A DNA stretch of 64,000 nucleotides from the human T2T-CHM13v2.0 reference genome, Homo sapiens, in the NCBI RefSeq assembly GCF_009914755.1, contig NC_060926.1; one strand, 5' to 3'. Positions 26,740 through 41,490 of the stretch are shown here, piece after piece (positions within the stretch are counted from its first letter, which is position 1; the number at the start of each line of letters is the position of its first letter). Under the pieces are notes generated by a model. It was given only the letters and a program-made list of their open reading frames with translations, searched no databases and was not told where the DNA came from. The position numbers and the translations under genes were made by a program.

Positions 26740-29630
26740 TAGGTAAAACATGCAAATGATAGGTAATTCCAAGAACCCAAAATAGTGAAAAGTGAGTTTC
26801 CTGGTTCTCCTCTCCAGGGGCAAGGAGAACTCTTACCAGTTTCTTATGTATTTCCACACACATTCTCAATGTATAACTATACACTTTTATGTAACATGCT
26901 CTGTATTTTATAAACATACTCAGTTTTTGTACCTTTTTTTCACTTATTCCTTTCTCAAAATCTGTTCATTTTAGTGCATGTAATTGACTCATGCCTTTTT
27001 GCACTTGAAGAGTTTTGTATCATTTGAATTTGCCATAATTTATATAACCTTAATTAATCTTTTATGAATCAAGGTTTATTCACAGATAATCCTTTATTAA
27101 TGGAGATTTTGATTGTTTCTTTTACTTTTTGTTTTTGTATTTTTGTCAATGACAATGCAATACCAGTCACTCCTATACATACATTATTGTACCTATATAT
27201 GTGTGTGTCTTCAGGGTAAGTTCCCAGAAGTAAAATTACAGGGTCAAGCAAATAAACATTTTTGATTTTGATAGATAATGATAGATTGTCTTCTATAGAT
27301 ATTGTACCAATATATACTTCTACCAAGTTTGTAGGAGAATGCCACTTTCACCAAATAGGTACAGCATGTAATCAGCTTGTTTGATCTTTGTCAAACTTGT
27401 AGGTGAAAAATAAATGCCATCTGAGGGTTTAAATTTTATGTTTCACTGTTTATGAAAGAGCTTTCCTTACATATTTTTGAAGATAATTGTTTCTCCTTTG
27501 TTGAGAACTATCTGTTCATGCTCCTTGCCTAGTTTTTCTATTGGCTTTTAAAAACTAAATCATAGGAGATCTTTATAAGAATTTATCATATTCCCTGTGA
27601 CATGTATTTTAGGTGCATTTTCCCAGTTTCATTTGATATTTGATCTTAATTGTGGTGTCTTTTTTTAGACAAGTAGATTTTGAAAGTATATTTTCTCAGG
27701 TTTCCTTTGATAGTTTCTGGGTTTTGTGACATAGTTATAAAGGCATTTTCCACTTTGAAAAAATTTTTAAAACTTCCATGTTTCTCTCTCTTAGTTCTCT
27801 GTTCATTTTCATGATAAAATCTTTGATCCATTTGGCATTTATTTTGGAATATGGTATAAGTTAGAGATCCAATTTTACCATATGGCTTATCAGGGGCATT
27901 AATATAAATTATTAAATAAATCCATCTTTTCTCTGCTAATCTACTAATGCCAACTTTTTAATATATACTTAATTTTAACATGTACCAGGTCTGTGTCTAC
28001 ACTCTCTATTCTATTCCATTAATCTGTCCCTCTATTAGTTGGACATTTATTCTTTTAAATATATATATGTGTGTATGTGTGTGCATTTGTAATATGATGT
28101 ATCTATTAGAGCTAGTTCTCTTAATTCCTTTTAATTTTGAAATTTCTTGGTTATTCATTCTTGTTTCTTTTTCCATATGGATAATAAACTCAGTGCATTT
28201 ACTTTTAAACATCAGTTATTTTTATTTTATCTTAAGTGTAATTTTAGTTTTAGGAGAAATGGTGTCTTTATGATATTTAATCTTTCTCTTCACAAAGATT
28301 CTATTTGTTCCTTTTGTTCAAGTCTCCCTTTTGATCCATAGTATGATTTTAAATTTTTTCTTTTATAGATTATAGATTCTGTTTGTCTTGTTTTTTCCTT
28401 AAATATTTTATGGCTTTTTTTTGTAATTTGGATATGTTTTCTTCCATATCTTGTAATTTGTTGTTTTTGCTGTATAGGAAGGTGGTAGATTTGGAATTTT
28501 TTTTTTACTCATCCACATTTCTGTATTATCTCATTGTTTGGAATACATCATTCTGTTAAGTCTTTGGGGTTTTCCATGTGCACAATCATAACATCTAAAA
28601 ATAATGGTGATTCTGCCTTGTGTTTCCCCATCTGAATAATGTTTACCTATTTTTTTCCTGCTTTATTACTATGGCTAGTGCCTCCGAAATGGTAATAAAT
28701 AATGCTGGTGATATTTAACATCTTGGTGGTGTTCTGGATTTTACTGGTAATACATCTAATGTGACATGGCATTGACCTTCATTGAAATACATGTACACCA
28801 ATTTCCATTTTGTTACAAAATGTTAATCTTTCCTATTTTATATAAAATGTTTGTATATTTCTTTTTTTATCTCAGTTTATTTTCTAAATCAAGACTTGAT
28901 ATAAAATTTTGCCTTGTCAGCACCTACAGAGATTTGATGATATTTTCCCTTTTAATCTATTAATGTGGAACATTATTGTTGCATCACTGGAATAAACTCT
29001 ACTTGGTCAGGAAGATGAATTCTCTGCATGAACTGTTAGTCTTTCTAATTATATATTACTTGGGATTTATGTTAATATTTCCAAGAGAGGTTGATCTGCA
29101 CTGTTCTTTTTATGCATTTTAAGGCTTTAACATGATATGTTTGCTTCATAAAAATAGTTTAGATGTATTAATTTTTACTATTCTCAAATGCTATCCTGTA
29201 GTCCATTTTTTCCATGGAGGAAACTAAAAGGTATTTTCTCTGTTTTTAGGGCATGGAGTTTAATACATACGAATTAGATCCACCCCAAACAGGTTCCAAC
29301 AAGTTTACATCATTAACCAATTGTTAGTAATTTCTTGCTTGCTCTTCTAGAAAACTTTTTTGTATATAAAGAAAAAAATATACATTTTCAGTGGTGGCAT
29401 GCTATTTAAACTCTCTTGTGCCTAGATTTCTTGTTTAATAATATACCTTGGAAATCTTTTCATTTATGTACCAAATTTTTTCCCTAACTTTTTTCCTGAA
29501 ATTTTTTATGACATCTGCATGACATCCAGAGTATGTTTTATTGACTCTGCATTATTTACTTAAACTGCCCCTTATTAATGGGCTTTCATGTTTTTCTCCC
29601 ATCTTTATCTGCTAGAAATAAGGCTATAAT
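26740..29630 (-). mobile_element. Ancient L1ME tract
   Basis: Continuous antisense 3'UTR-to-ORF2 motifs (ttgtaccaatatatacttctacc, aatctttgatccattt, acaatcataacatct). Confidence 0.75.
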
Positions 29631-29637
29631 AAATAAC

Positions 29638-30334
29638 CAAAACCACCTTTGCAAAAATTATAGCAGTAAGAAAATTATGACAGTGAAAGAGAGATGTCCT
29701 ATCCAACTGCATCTTGCCTTTAACCTCCAAACTGCCCTTGATCATTCCTGGATGGGGCCAAGCTAACTTTGGGAGAAACTTAGCTCAAAATTTAATTGCT
29801 AATAGCCCTTTCCAAAACTAAACTGCCTTTGTCAGATTAATGAAAGGCCAACACTAGGAGGATGAGAGGGGCCTGAATTCTGCTAAGATGTAGGTGTAGT
29901 TAAATGATCACCAGCCATTATTCCAGAGGTCACAAGATTTTCAACTTCTCTAATTGTCAGAACCTAAGATTTGCCTTTTGAGATGTCTTTTCAGGCTTTT
30001 GTATTTCTGACAATTAGATGGCCCCACCTAGACCAGCAACTCCTCTGTGACCTCCACCCAGAAGTGGACTCAGTGCATCATTTTCCACATCCCTATGATT
30101 GTAGCCCCAACCAGTCAGCAGCACACTTTCCCTAGCCCCCTGCCCACCAAACTATCCTTGAAAAAATCCTAGCTTCTGTATTTTGGAGGAGGCCAATCTG
30201 AGTAATAATAAAACTTTGGTCTCCTGTTTAGCTGGCTTTACTTGTAGTAAAGTCTTTCTCTATTGCAATTCCCCTGTTTTGATAAATTGGCCCTATCTGG
30301 GCAGTGGGCAAAATGAACCCATTGGGTGATTACA
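29638..30334 (+). mobile_element. LTR8-family (LTR8A/8B-like) ERV1 solo LTR
   Basis: aaaccacctttgcaaaaattatagcagtaagaaaattatgacagtgaaagag...aataataaaact...gggcaaaatgaacccattgggtgattaca. Confidence 0.85.
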
Positions 30335-31646
30335 TCACTTTATACAAACATCTTGTGTGAAGGTATATTTAAGGATAAATTACTAAGAGTTAATGCTGGA
30401 TCAAATGGCATGAACATTTGAAATTATGATGCATTCTCCTGTTACAAATGTAAAATCTAAAAAGTATTGCCAGAATTTATAACCCCTTGCCACTAGCTTA
30501 AAAAAATACAAGTCTTTTGTTACGCTGAGCAAGGTGATTTGTGGTGAATCATATTGAAGAAACCTTCTACTGAACAGCATAAAAAGGATGGAAACACTTA
30601 GAAAAGAAGATCCTAGTAAGGGAAGAAAAGAAGAGCAGATATAGGAAGGAGACGAAACCTGAAGGGAAATAAGACAGAAGAGGCTGTGAGGACAAAAGAG
30701 ACAGGAAGTGATAGCTGCCATAGGAATTAAGATGCTGGGGAGTGAGGAAACTAGACAATCTGAGGGGAAGTTTGGTGTCGGATATGAAATATAAACCACC
30801 CCCTCCATCTATCCATTAAACTCTCTCTATATTTTTTAAATGTATATTTAAATACATGATTTGCATAATGGATTATTCTGTCTTTTGGGAGGTTTGTAAA
30901 ACTTAGCAGTTGTTTTGAAGTGAGAGCCAGGCCAATCTAAAGATGTCCTATTGCGTTTGGAATGAAAATTTGTGTGTGCATGCACGTGCACATGCTGGGG
31001 AAAGTGTGTGTGTATATTTATGTAGATGTGCATACAAATTTATATTCAATGATTAGAATCTCATATTAAAATGATCTCTTAGAACAGATAGCTTTTGTTG
31101 CTTAGCAGAATCATCATCTCTTGGTCTTTTGGTTATTTAAAATATGCCAAACACATAGTCCAGAACATGTAGGAGAATAACAAATAACTTACTCAGTATG
31201 AGACGATATAAAGTTTGAATGTTTGGCAGCCAGAGATGGAAGGGGCAGTTAGAAGGAAGGGTTAGAAGTCAGATAAGGTGAGCTAAGAGAGGAGTAGAAA
31301 GCCAGAAGCTACAGGAGGCTGGGACCTGAGAAGAAAGGGTCCACAAGACTCTCCTCATGGAAGATATTGTCAAGAGACTTTTAAGGATTTGAAAGCCTCA
31401 TCATATTCAATTTTAAGTTTTTGTTATTTTCTGTTTTGATGTGCTAAATATCTCCTTAACTCCCCATCCCTGCTCACCTAACTTCTACCCTTGATAACAA
31501 TCGGTTTTGATCTTGAGTAATTTTGGAGGAAATAAAGATCTAAACTTGGAGCAGGGTCTACCAAGGCGCAATACGATACACTACAAGGGACAGTATGCAG
31601 GAGGTGAAAAGAATCAGAGCCAGAAATGACTAGGAGACATAAGTCC

Positions 31647-32266
31647 TGTTGGTGCTCAGAAAACATAACCGTGAAATTTGCCCTTTGACATCATGAAGCC
31701 CCAAGGTCTCTCTGACCTTCCCCATATGCCTTCTCTCAATCTTCTACCTCTCCAAAAGCACAGGATGAAACTATTCTATAAAGCTCCCTTACCTACTTAG
31801 AAACTACGCCTCCAAAAGAGGAACATAATTGCCGTCCCTGGAATTCCATTATCCAGAGAAGATTAAAGCTTATTACAGATGAAGAGACTGAAAAATATAC
31901 ATCACACCTAGAGCTCAGACAGACTTTGTCCCAAACCATTGTCTGCTTTTTGTCCTATTCAATTGTTAAAGAAAATTATTTACTAACCATTGTCTAAGCA
32001 TTAGGCCCATTTATTTCCCCCCTAAAAATCATTTACTATTCTTCAAGTTACCACATTCCCCCATCTCCTTTCCCCCCTATGACGAAGGGTATATCAGTAT
32101 CAGTAGCCCATTGGGTTATAGGGTAACCATTCTTCTGGGACTCCACTGTTCTATGCATATTAAAGTAAATTTGTATGCCGCCTTCTCCTATTAATCCACC
32201 TTTTGTCAGTTCATTTTCAGGGTATCTTCAGAGGGTAAGGGGAAGCATTCCTTCTTTGTCTGTACA
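31647..32266 (+). mobile_element. MER39/MER34-group ERV1 solo LTR
   Basis: tgttggtgctcagaaaac...ccaaggtctctctgaccttcccc...cttttgtcagttcattttcag...cttcagaggg...taca; TG...CA ends. Confidence 0.78.
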
Positions 32267-34035
32267 GACATCCATTAAGAATCCTCAAATATATTGGCAG
32301 CGGAATGGCAGACTTCCCATGAGGTCTAGATGAAGACACAAGCAAATTGTAACAAAGATTTAGGTCACAGGTTTCATAAAGGGTGTTTTGGGAAAAGGAG
32401 GGATCTTAAAATTTCATAGTTTTCTGATTCTGATTCTCTGATACTACGTTTGAATTTTTGCTGGACTTTACTCCACATGTGGTATCCTTTATTTAACCTA
32501 GTATTTATCATTCAATGAGCACTCAGTATTAATTGATGTTAATGATGAAGATGATTGTGGTGGCAGCTGTGATGAAAATGGGGCTAAAACACCTAATTAA
32601 GGAAGAGCATTGCTGTTCTTACAGATAAGAAACACTTGCAGAGTAAGGATTCCTACTTGGTATATGACAGCATCCTCTCAGGAGATAAACATACACCAAA
32701 GAGATAGAAATCATCATCTGGGTCTCTTATCTGCAACCTGCCCATCAGGACTGACGAAAGAATATCCCCTTAATTTACTAATCACACTTATTTAAAGTAG
32801 CCACTTTCTAATATTCAAGTCCAGATTAAAAGTCAAAGGTTTATATTTACTCCATAAGGAAACTCCACATTCTAATTTATTTATCTCTCATGTTCAAATT
32901 GGACATTCCATGGAAGCATATATTTGATTTGTGGTTTACACTTGAATTGTAGTTGTGTTTGATTTCACAGTGAATAATAATTTTTTCCTCAAAGATAATC
33001 TGTTATGTCAGGGGAATGGAAGGGAAAGCTGGTAAATTACTACATGTGCCAGTACCCCACAGATCCTTAATCCAGTCCTAGTGGCTGTTGGCTAACTCTA
33101 CCTTGTAATGTTATGAAACTAGGCATAAGATACTGCATCATTAATATTATGTGCCAAACCCATAATTGTGATTATAAGCATTCACAGATTTACCTTTGCC
33201 ATGTGAAGTCAAAGAGAAGCGAAGTCCATGACTAATTCTCTCATGAATTTGGCTTAGAATTTCAGTATTTCAGGGCACAAAACACAGACTATTGCCAAGT
33301 TGTGGCATGAAGAAGGACATGTGGCCATATGTCAATTGGTGGTTATAAGGACTGTGTGGTCAAATTGAAAGGTCCTTTTCTTAAATCTCAGTGCTATTAT
33401 GTTCTGTGGAAGCCAAGTCTTAGCCAATCAGTCAAATGGTATTAAAAACTCAGACTATAACTAATTTGCCCTATTTCAAGAGCAAACCTGCTTTTAACAA
33501 GTCTGATTTTATTTTGAATTTTACTGTGCCTGCAAACCTTTTACTATGATTAGAAAGGAAAGTTCTAGCATGGGAGACCTGGGAAGAGGTTGAGTTTGGC
33601 TGGCATCTGGTGTCCTATAACAGCTAGCTTAAGGTTTATTGCAAAATATGCTCTGTTGTCTGAACTGCTGGCTGGTTCTACTCTTTCAGAGGCAAGGGAG
33701 AGTTGCACAGGGATTTCCTTTCTGCTAACTGGGTCCTCTCACAAGAAGGTTTTGTTTAACTGAGCTCTTTAAAACAAAATCACATCAGTAGTAATTCCAA
33801 CTCCTAAAGGCAAAAACCAAACCAGGGAAATGTTGTAAGTATGAATGTTCATCTACAGCATTTCTGTTAGAAGTGGGGAAGCTGGAGCAGAGTAGGATGC
33901 TAAGGAAGGTTTCAGGAAAAGATGAAAGGTAGATTCATTTGTGATGATAGCCACGGGACTCCCAGTTCCATTATGTAATTATAACTACTGGGCTGGTTGC
34001 CAACCCTCAGAGAAAGCCAACCATAAGGCCAGGAG

Positions 34036-34329
34036 GGCCGGGTGCAGTGGCTCACACCTGTAATCCTAGCACTTTGGGAGGCCAAGGTGGGTGAATCACA
34101 AGGTCAGGTGTTTGAGACCAGCCTAACTAACAGTGAAACTCTGTCTCTACCAAAAATATAAAAAGTAGCTGGGCATGGTGGTGGGCACTTGTAATCCCAG
34201 CTACTCAGAAGGCTGAGGCAGGAGAATCGCTTGAACCTGGGAGGAGGAGGTTGCAGTGAAGCTGAGATCATGCCACTGCACTCCAGCCTGGGCAACAGAG
34301 CGAGACTCTGTCTAAAAATAATAATAATA
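34036..34329 (+). mobile_element. AluSg-like
   Basis: Full dimer, (TAA)n tail, exact TSD ataaggccaggagg. Confidence 0.96.
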
Positions 34330-34384
34330 ATAAGGCCAGGAGGTCTAGACTTGGTCTGAAAGTCAGAAGATCAGACATGAGAGA

Positions 34385-34555
34385 CTAAATGTAGTGGTTA
34401 AGAACTTGGACTCTAGAGTCAGGCAGATTTGGGTTGATGTCCTGAATATATCACTTACTAGTTCTGTGACAGTGGGAAAAACAATTAACCTCACCAAGCC
34501 TCATTTTGCTTCCGTTTCCTCAGCTGTAAAATTAAAATAATACTATTGATCTCAT
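34385..34555 (+). mobile_element. MIR
   Basis: gtagtggttaagaac...ctctagagtcaggcag...gtttcctcagctgtaaaat. Confidence 0.85.
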
Positions 34556-34569
34556 TTATTAGTTGACTT

Positions 34570-35270
34570 TTTATTTTAAAGTAGAATGATGTATTCATTT
34601 ATAGGAATGTAAACTTGTGGGTTCCTATTTTATTACCATGGTTATAATCTGTTACTATAAATATTTCTTTTAATTATTAAATTGTCCCAGATTTGTCTAG
34701 TGAGAACTCCTACAAGCTCATTTTTTAAGCACTTTCTTACCTTCTGGCACAGGAGATTATTTTAGTTCATCTTGTTTTTCCCCACTGATGCCCTGAAATC
34801 AGCCATTTTCCAAGCAGCCCTGGTTCCTTTAGTGGAGAATATCAAATAGAAACCAATAGCTGTATGATACACATGTTTATTGCTACTGGGATGTCACTGC
34901 TCTTAGTCTCTCTTAGTGGACAGTAACAAATATACATATTATATATGGTAACAAATATATATTTATATATAAACTATATAATTATATATTTATATAATTT
35001 ATAACATATATTATATATGAATATTATATAGCGAGAGACTAGAATAAAGCTAAGAAGTTAAAATGTATACTATGTGTATACATTACACTAATATATAAAT
35101 TATATATAATAAACATACATACTATATATATTTATACTTCTTCAATTTTATTACTAAACTACAGGATTTATTCTAGCTTTCCCATTTTTATTTTTGTATT
35201 TCTCATCTCTGAGTGAGAACCCTGACTCCTAGTATATTTGATATCATGTGGTAAACTTCTGATTGTACTA
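34570..35270 (-). mobile_element. L1MC-type 3'UTR with AT-rich low-complexity tract (about 34930-35140)
   Basis: aattgtcccagatttg...agccattttccaagcagccctggttcctttagtggagaat. Confidence 0.7.
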
Positions 35271-35655
35271 ACTGCTTTCTTGCTTTAATGGCCTCCTTGT
35301 ATGCACCTTGGTCACCATCATGCTGCCTTCTCTTCTGTCTTGAGCCTGCCTAATAGAATTCTAATGAAGGAGGGAAGTAAGAAAAGAAAGAAGGAAAGTT
35401 AGGAAGAAACAATGACAGAAGAAAAATGTGTTAAGTAGGATTCATATGCTGTCACAAATGTTTGAGCTGGGAGGAGGGGTGAATAGTAATAATTTACTTC
35501 TTATTAATAAGAAATGGCCAAGCCTTTAGCTTTTAATTGAGTACAGAAAAAAATGATAAAGACTGTAAAAAAGGACAAAAAAGGAAAGAAAGATATACAC
35601 ACAGACACAGAGACAGAAACAAATAGAAAAAGCTACTCAGGTCCAATATTTTTAG

Positions 35656-35995
<340 letters not shown>

Positions 35996-36713
35996 GACAC
36001 AGTGTATTTTTAAAAGGAACATAGATAAATATTAAACCTTAAAAATGTCAATAGATTAGAAGCTATTAAATAAAAAATTAGTGGAACTAAAGAGGTGAAA
36101 AGAAAATATCAAGATGAAAATACAGAGACACAGATAAATGGAAAATACAGAAGATCAGGTGAAGTATGATCCAATTCCCATAAGACCATAAGAGAGAATG
36201 AAAGAGAAGGCTATTGAAAAAAAGTGTGGTTAAGAACTTTCCAGGACTAATTATAAAAAATCAATTCACAGTTCAAGAATCCCAATAGATCTCAGGGCAA
36301 ATAGAAAAAAATTTACAGAAAAATACATCATAGTAAAACAGTAGAACCAAAGTGAAAATGTTAAAAGCAAGTAGGAGGAGAAAAATACATCTGCAAAAGT
36401 TCACCAACCAAATTAACAGTGGACAATTTAACAGCAGCAATAAAAGTCAAATGACAACAGCACAATATCATCTTCGATATGTTGAGGAAAAAATAAACAC
36501 ACTTGTATTAGTCTTTAAGCGTGAAGATGAAATACAAACACACATACACACACAAATGAGTTCACTATTGCTGACCTACAATTAATAAATTCCAATGGGT
36601 GTTCTTCAAGTAAAAGGAAAATTGTGCTAGAGGGAAATAGAAGGAAGGTCATAAATACAGACATGAATAAGGAGAAAATGAAATAAGTCAAAATAAGTTT
36701 TGACTTTACAAAC

Positions 36714-36998
36714 TGTATTAGTCCGTTTTCACACTGCCATAAAGAACTGCCTGAGACTGGGTAATTTATAAAGAAAAAAGGTTTAATTAACTCACAGTTC
36801 CACATAGCTGGAGAGGCCTCTGGAAACTTGAAGTGCCAAACTTTTAAACTATCTTGTGAGAACTCTCTCACTGTCATGGAACATTATGGAGGAAACTGCC
36901 CCATGAACCAATCACCTCCCACCAGGTACCTCCCTCAACACGTGGGGGTTACAGTTCGAGATGAGATTTGCCTGGGGACACAGAGCCAAACTATATCA
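36714..36998 (-). mobile_element. THE1D/MSTA-like solo LTR with internal deletion
   Basis: tgtattagtccgttttcacactg...ggggacacagagccaaactatatca; exact 5-bp TSD caaac; only 285 bp long. Confidence 0.92.
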
Positions 36999-37277
36999 CA
37001 AACAATATCTTGTGATAGCTAGTTACAGAGAGAAAAAGAGTTACAGACAGATAATTAAAATGCATAATCATATTAGCAGAGGTGGCAACTTACGTTATTC
37101 TAAATTCTTTGCCTGGTCTGGGAAAAGGGTAAATTTATTGATTAAAATTAGACTGGAATAAGTTTAATGTTATTAATGCACAATGTACTTTCTGGGATAA
37201 TGACCAAAAGAATACTAAAACAGTATATGATCTGAAAATAAATAGGAGGAAACAAGGAGATAAAATTTATCTAAAGG

Positions 37278-37612
<335 letters not shown>

Positions 37613-38592
37613 TTAAAATATAGAGTAATAGATTGCATTGTATTAAAAATAGTTTTTGCAGTTAAGAAAATTTACTTCTAAAACATAAGGGAAACACATA
37701 CACATTATATATACAGGTATATGTATATATTTATTATAAGACTATATATAATATATATATATATACACACACACCTAAATATAGGTATATATAAAAGGCT
37801 GACCAAAAGAATGCTACTGTAGATATATCAATAACAGACAAAGTAGATTTAAAGGAAATAGCATTATTATAGACAAAGCGTTTACTATGTAAAGATAAAT
37901 TTTAATATATCAGAAATAGAAGCAATTCTAAATATTTATGTACCTAAGAACAGCTGGAACTTATATGATACACAATCGTACAGAATGAAAGGAGTTTATA
38001 AACATACCCATGATCGGATTAGAAGATTTTAGAACACCTCTTTCAGGAATTGACAGAATATGACAAAATATTAATGAGGATCTAGTGGATATAAACAACA
38101 CAATTACCAAATCAGACTCAACAGAAATGCAGAGCAATGCTGTTCAAAGGGTGGTTCACGCACCAGATTAGTGCGGATCCACAAATTATTTTTTCCACAA
38201 CAAAATATGTGAAAGAAACCTTAATAGACATTTAATGAGAGCAATTTTATGTTTTTGGATCTAATAATAAGAAATCTAAGCCTATACTTTTTTACTTTTT
38301 CCATTCTATTTGTTAGTAATTTATTTTTATTGTATTTTACGAAGTTTTTGTCTATGATAAATTTAAAATTTAAAAAAATCTTGTTCTTTACTGCAGATAG
38401 TTTAAGAAACATTGATATATAGAAAACCACTCCCTTCAACAACTGAGGAATAAATATTGTTTTTAAGTACACATAAAACATTTGCAAAAATAGACCATAC
38501 ACTGGGCCATAAAGTAAAAATTAATACATTTCAGAGGTTTGACACCACATATGGTATAGTGCCAGAAATCATTAATAAAAAGACAACTTTTT

Positions 38593-38914
<322 letters not shown>

Positions 38915-39614
38915 TTATGTTTATATTAAGGTGAAAAAAGTTGATCATAAACATTGTCAGTGTTATTTTCCTCCCACCTTTTGGTCTGCATTGATAAGTC
39001 TGAGAATATTAAATGATTTGAATGGTTTATTGATTTATTCTATTAAAAGCTGACAATATAGCTTCTAAATACTGCCTTGAGGTAAAACCTACCTTCAAGA
39101 GGAGACATTATTAGAAAATGCATGACATGCAGATAAGCTTTTAGTCAAAATAAAGCACACTTCCATGAACTTTTATCTACATAATAATTCTCTTCAGACC
39201 TCAACAAAAATTGAGAGCCCAGCTATTCTGCATACACTGATAAAGCAAGTAAGTACTATTCCAAGGAGTTACAGTCAACATTTGAATAAAGTGTCTTCAA
39301 TAAGAAATCCTTCCCAGGTTATTAATATAACAAGTAATGAATGCTAAGGATTTTGTTTTCTCCATCTGCTATACTGTCACTTGAAGTCTTTTTCCAAGTT
39401 GGTGTGATTTGTAGTTTTTATGTATAGTTTCCCCATATATTTATTCATCTCGAATGTCTCCCAATAACTTTTTGAAAGATCATGGCCATCAGAGGGAATA
39501 TTTAGTGTTCTTACTAGAACCTTAATGTCATGATAGGGAGTTGTTACAGTACGTTTATAAGAAGAAGAATAAGTTTTATTATTAGTTACTCAAGAACACA
39601 CACCTCTCATTATG

Positions 39615-40165
39615 TACTAATGGCCAATAAGCACATAGAAAGATTCTCAATGTTATTAGTCATCAGGAAAATGCAAATAAAAATTACAATGCGCTATTAC
39701 TTCACACCCACTAAGATGGCAATGATCAAGAAGTCAGATAATAAAAAGTTATGTGCCAAGCATTGTGAAGGTACAAGAGCTAATGTGCAGTACACTGCCC
39801 TCCCTTTACAGAGCCTTCTTTACAGTCAAATTGAAGAGCACATAGGAAGATAAAGCCACTGTAGATGAAGCAGAGAAGAAAAAAAGGAAAATAAAAGGAA
39901 AAGAGAAATAATAGAAATGCTTGGGGGCAGCCTCAACATTTTGTGAATACATGTATATTGCATGTGAAAGGAAATATTAAAATGATACATTTGACACGCA
40001 AATAGATGTGCTGAACACATTGCACTGATAACTGATAAATTGCAATATGCTTCATTAACAAAAAAGAAGTGAGATAAGAAGTCTTGGTGAAGATGTGGAA
40101 AAATGGAAGGCTTGCACGGTGCTGGTGGGAATGTAAAATGGTGCAGCCATTTGGAAACAAGTGTG
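39615..40165 (+). mobile_element. L1M ORF2-end fragments
   Basis: atggccaataagcacatagaaagattctc...; ggtgggaatgtaaaatggtgcagcc. Confidence 0.7.
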
Positions 40166-40169
40166 ACAA

Positions 40170-41490
40170 CCCTATAGGTTTGATAAATGTATAAAGTTTT
40201 ATCCACCACAATGATATAGAACAGTTCTATCATCACCAACCCAGAATTTCTCCAGCTTCTTTAAAATCAACATCTCCTCCAACACCCAATTCCTGGCACC
40301 ACTGCTCAGTAATTTCACAGTAGTTTTGCCTTTTTCAGAATGTCATATAAATTACATTATACAATATGTAACATTTTGGTTTTCAGTTATTTTACTAAGC
40401 AGCATGAATTTGAAATTCATTCATAGTGTTGTGTGAAACAATATTTTGTTCTTTTTTATTGCTGAGTAGTTAGTATCCCATTGGATGGATACAGCAACGT
40501 GTCTTTGTCTGTTCACCAGTTAAAAAATATATGAGTTGTTTTCAGTGTGGGGCAATTACTGCTAAGCATTCACATTCAGGTTTTCATGAATGTAAGTTAT
40601 TTTTTTCTCCAGGGTAAATAATTAGGAATAGGAAATATGATAAACATAGGTATAACTTTATTAAAAACTTGCCAGATTCTTTTTCTTACTGATTGTAGAT
40701 TTTATATTTCCACCAGTGATATATGAAATATCCTGTGGCTTCACATCCTCCTCAGCATTTGGTATTGCATGTTTTCCTTTCTTTTTTCTTTCTTTCTTTT
40801 TTTTTTTTTTTTTTTTGCCATTCTAATAGTGTGTAGTAATGGTATGGTTTGGTTGTGTCCCCACCCAAATCCCAACTTGAACTGTATCTCCCAGAATTCC
40901 CACATGTTGTGGGAGGGATCCAGGGAGAGGTAATTGCATCATGGGGCCTGGTATTTCCCATGCTATTCTCATGATAGTGAATAAGTCTCACAAGATCTGA
41001 TGGGTTTATCAGGAGTTTCCGCTTTTCTTTTTCCTCATTTTCTCTTGCCACCACCATGTAAGAAGTGCCTTTCACCTCCCGCCATGATTCTGAAGTCTCC
41101 TCAGCCATGTGGAACTGTAAGTCCAATTAAACCTCTTTTTCTTCCCAGTCTCAGGTACGTCTTTATCAGCAATGTGAAAATTGACTAATACAAGTATTAT
41201 CTTGTTGTGGTCTTAATTTGTACTTTCTTAATGGTTAAGAATCTTTTCACATACTTCATTGCCATCTTCTTCAGTGAAGTGTCTACTCAGATATTTTACT
41301 TAGTCTTTTAGTGGTGTTTGTTTTCTTACCATTGAATTTGACAGTTTTTATTATAGTCTAGATAGAAGTCTGTTGTCAGAAATATGATTTGTATTGACAT
41401 ATACATTCATTTCACTTGGGTAAAGACCTAAAAGTGGAGTCACTAGATTATATGGTAGTTGTTTGTTTAACTTTTTAAGAAACTGTCAAA
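40170..41490 (-). mobile_element. L1MB/MC 3' region interrupted by THE1
   Basis: ttttgcctttttcagaatgtcatata...ttattgctgagtagt...gccattctaatag...[THE1]...gtggtcttaatttg. Confidence 0.8.
40840..41192 (+). mobile_element. THE1B-like solo LTR
   Basis: tggtatggtttggttgtgtccccacccaaatc...gactaataca; TSD agtaa/agtat. Confidence 0.95.
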
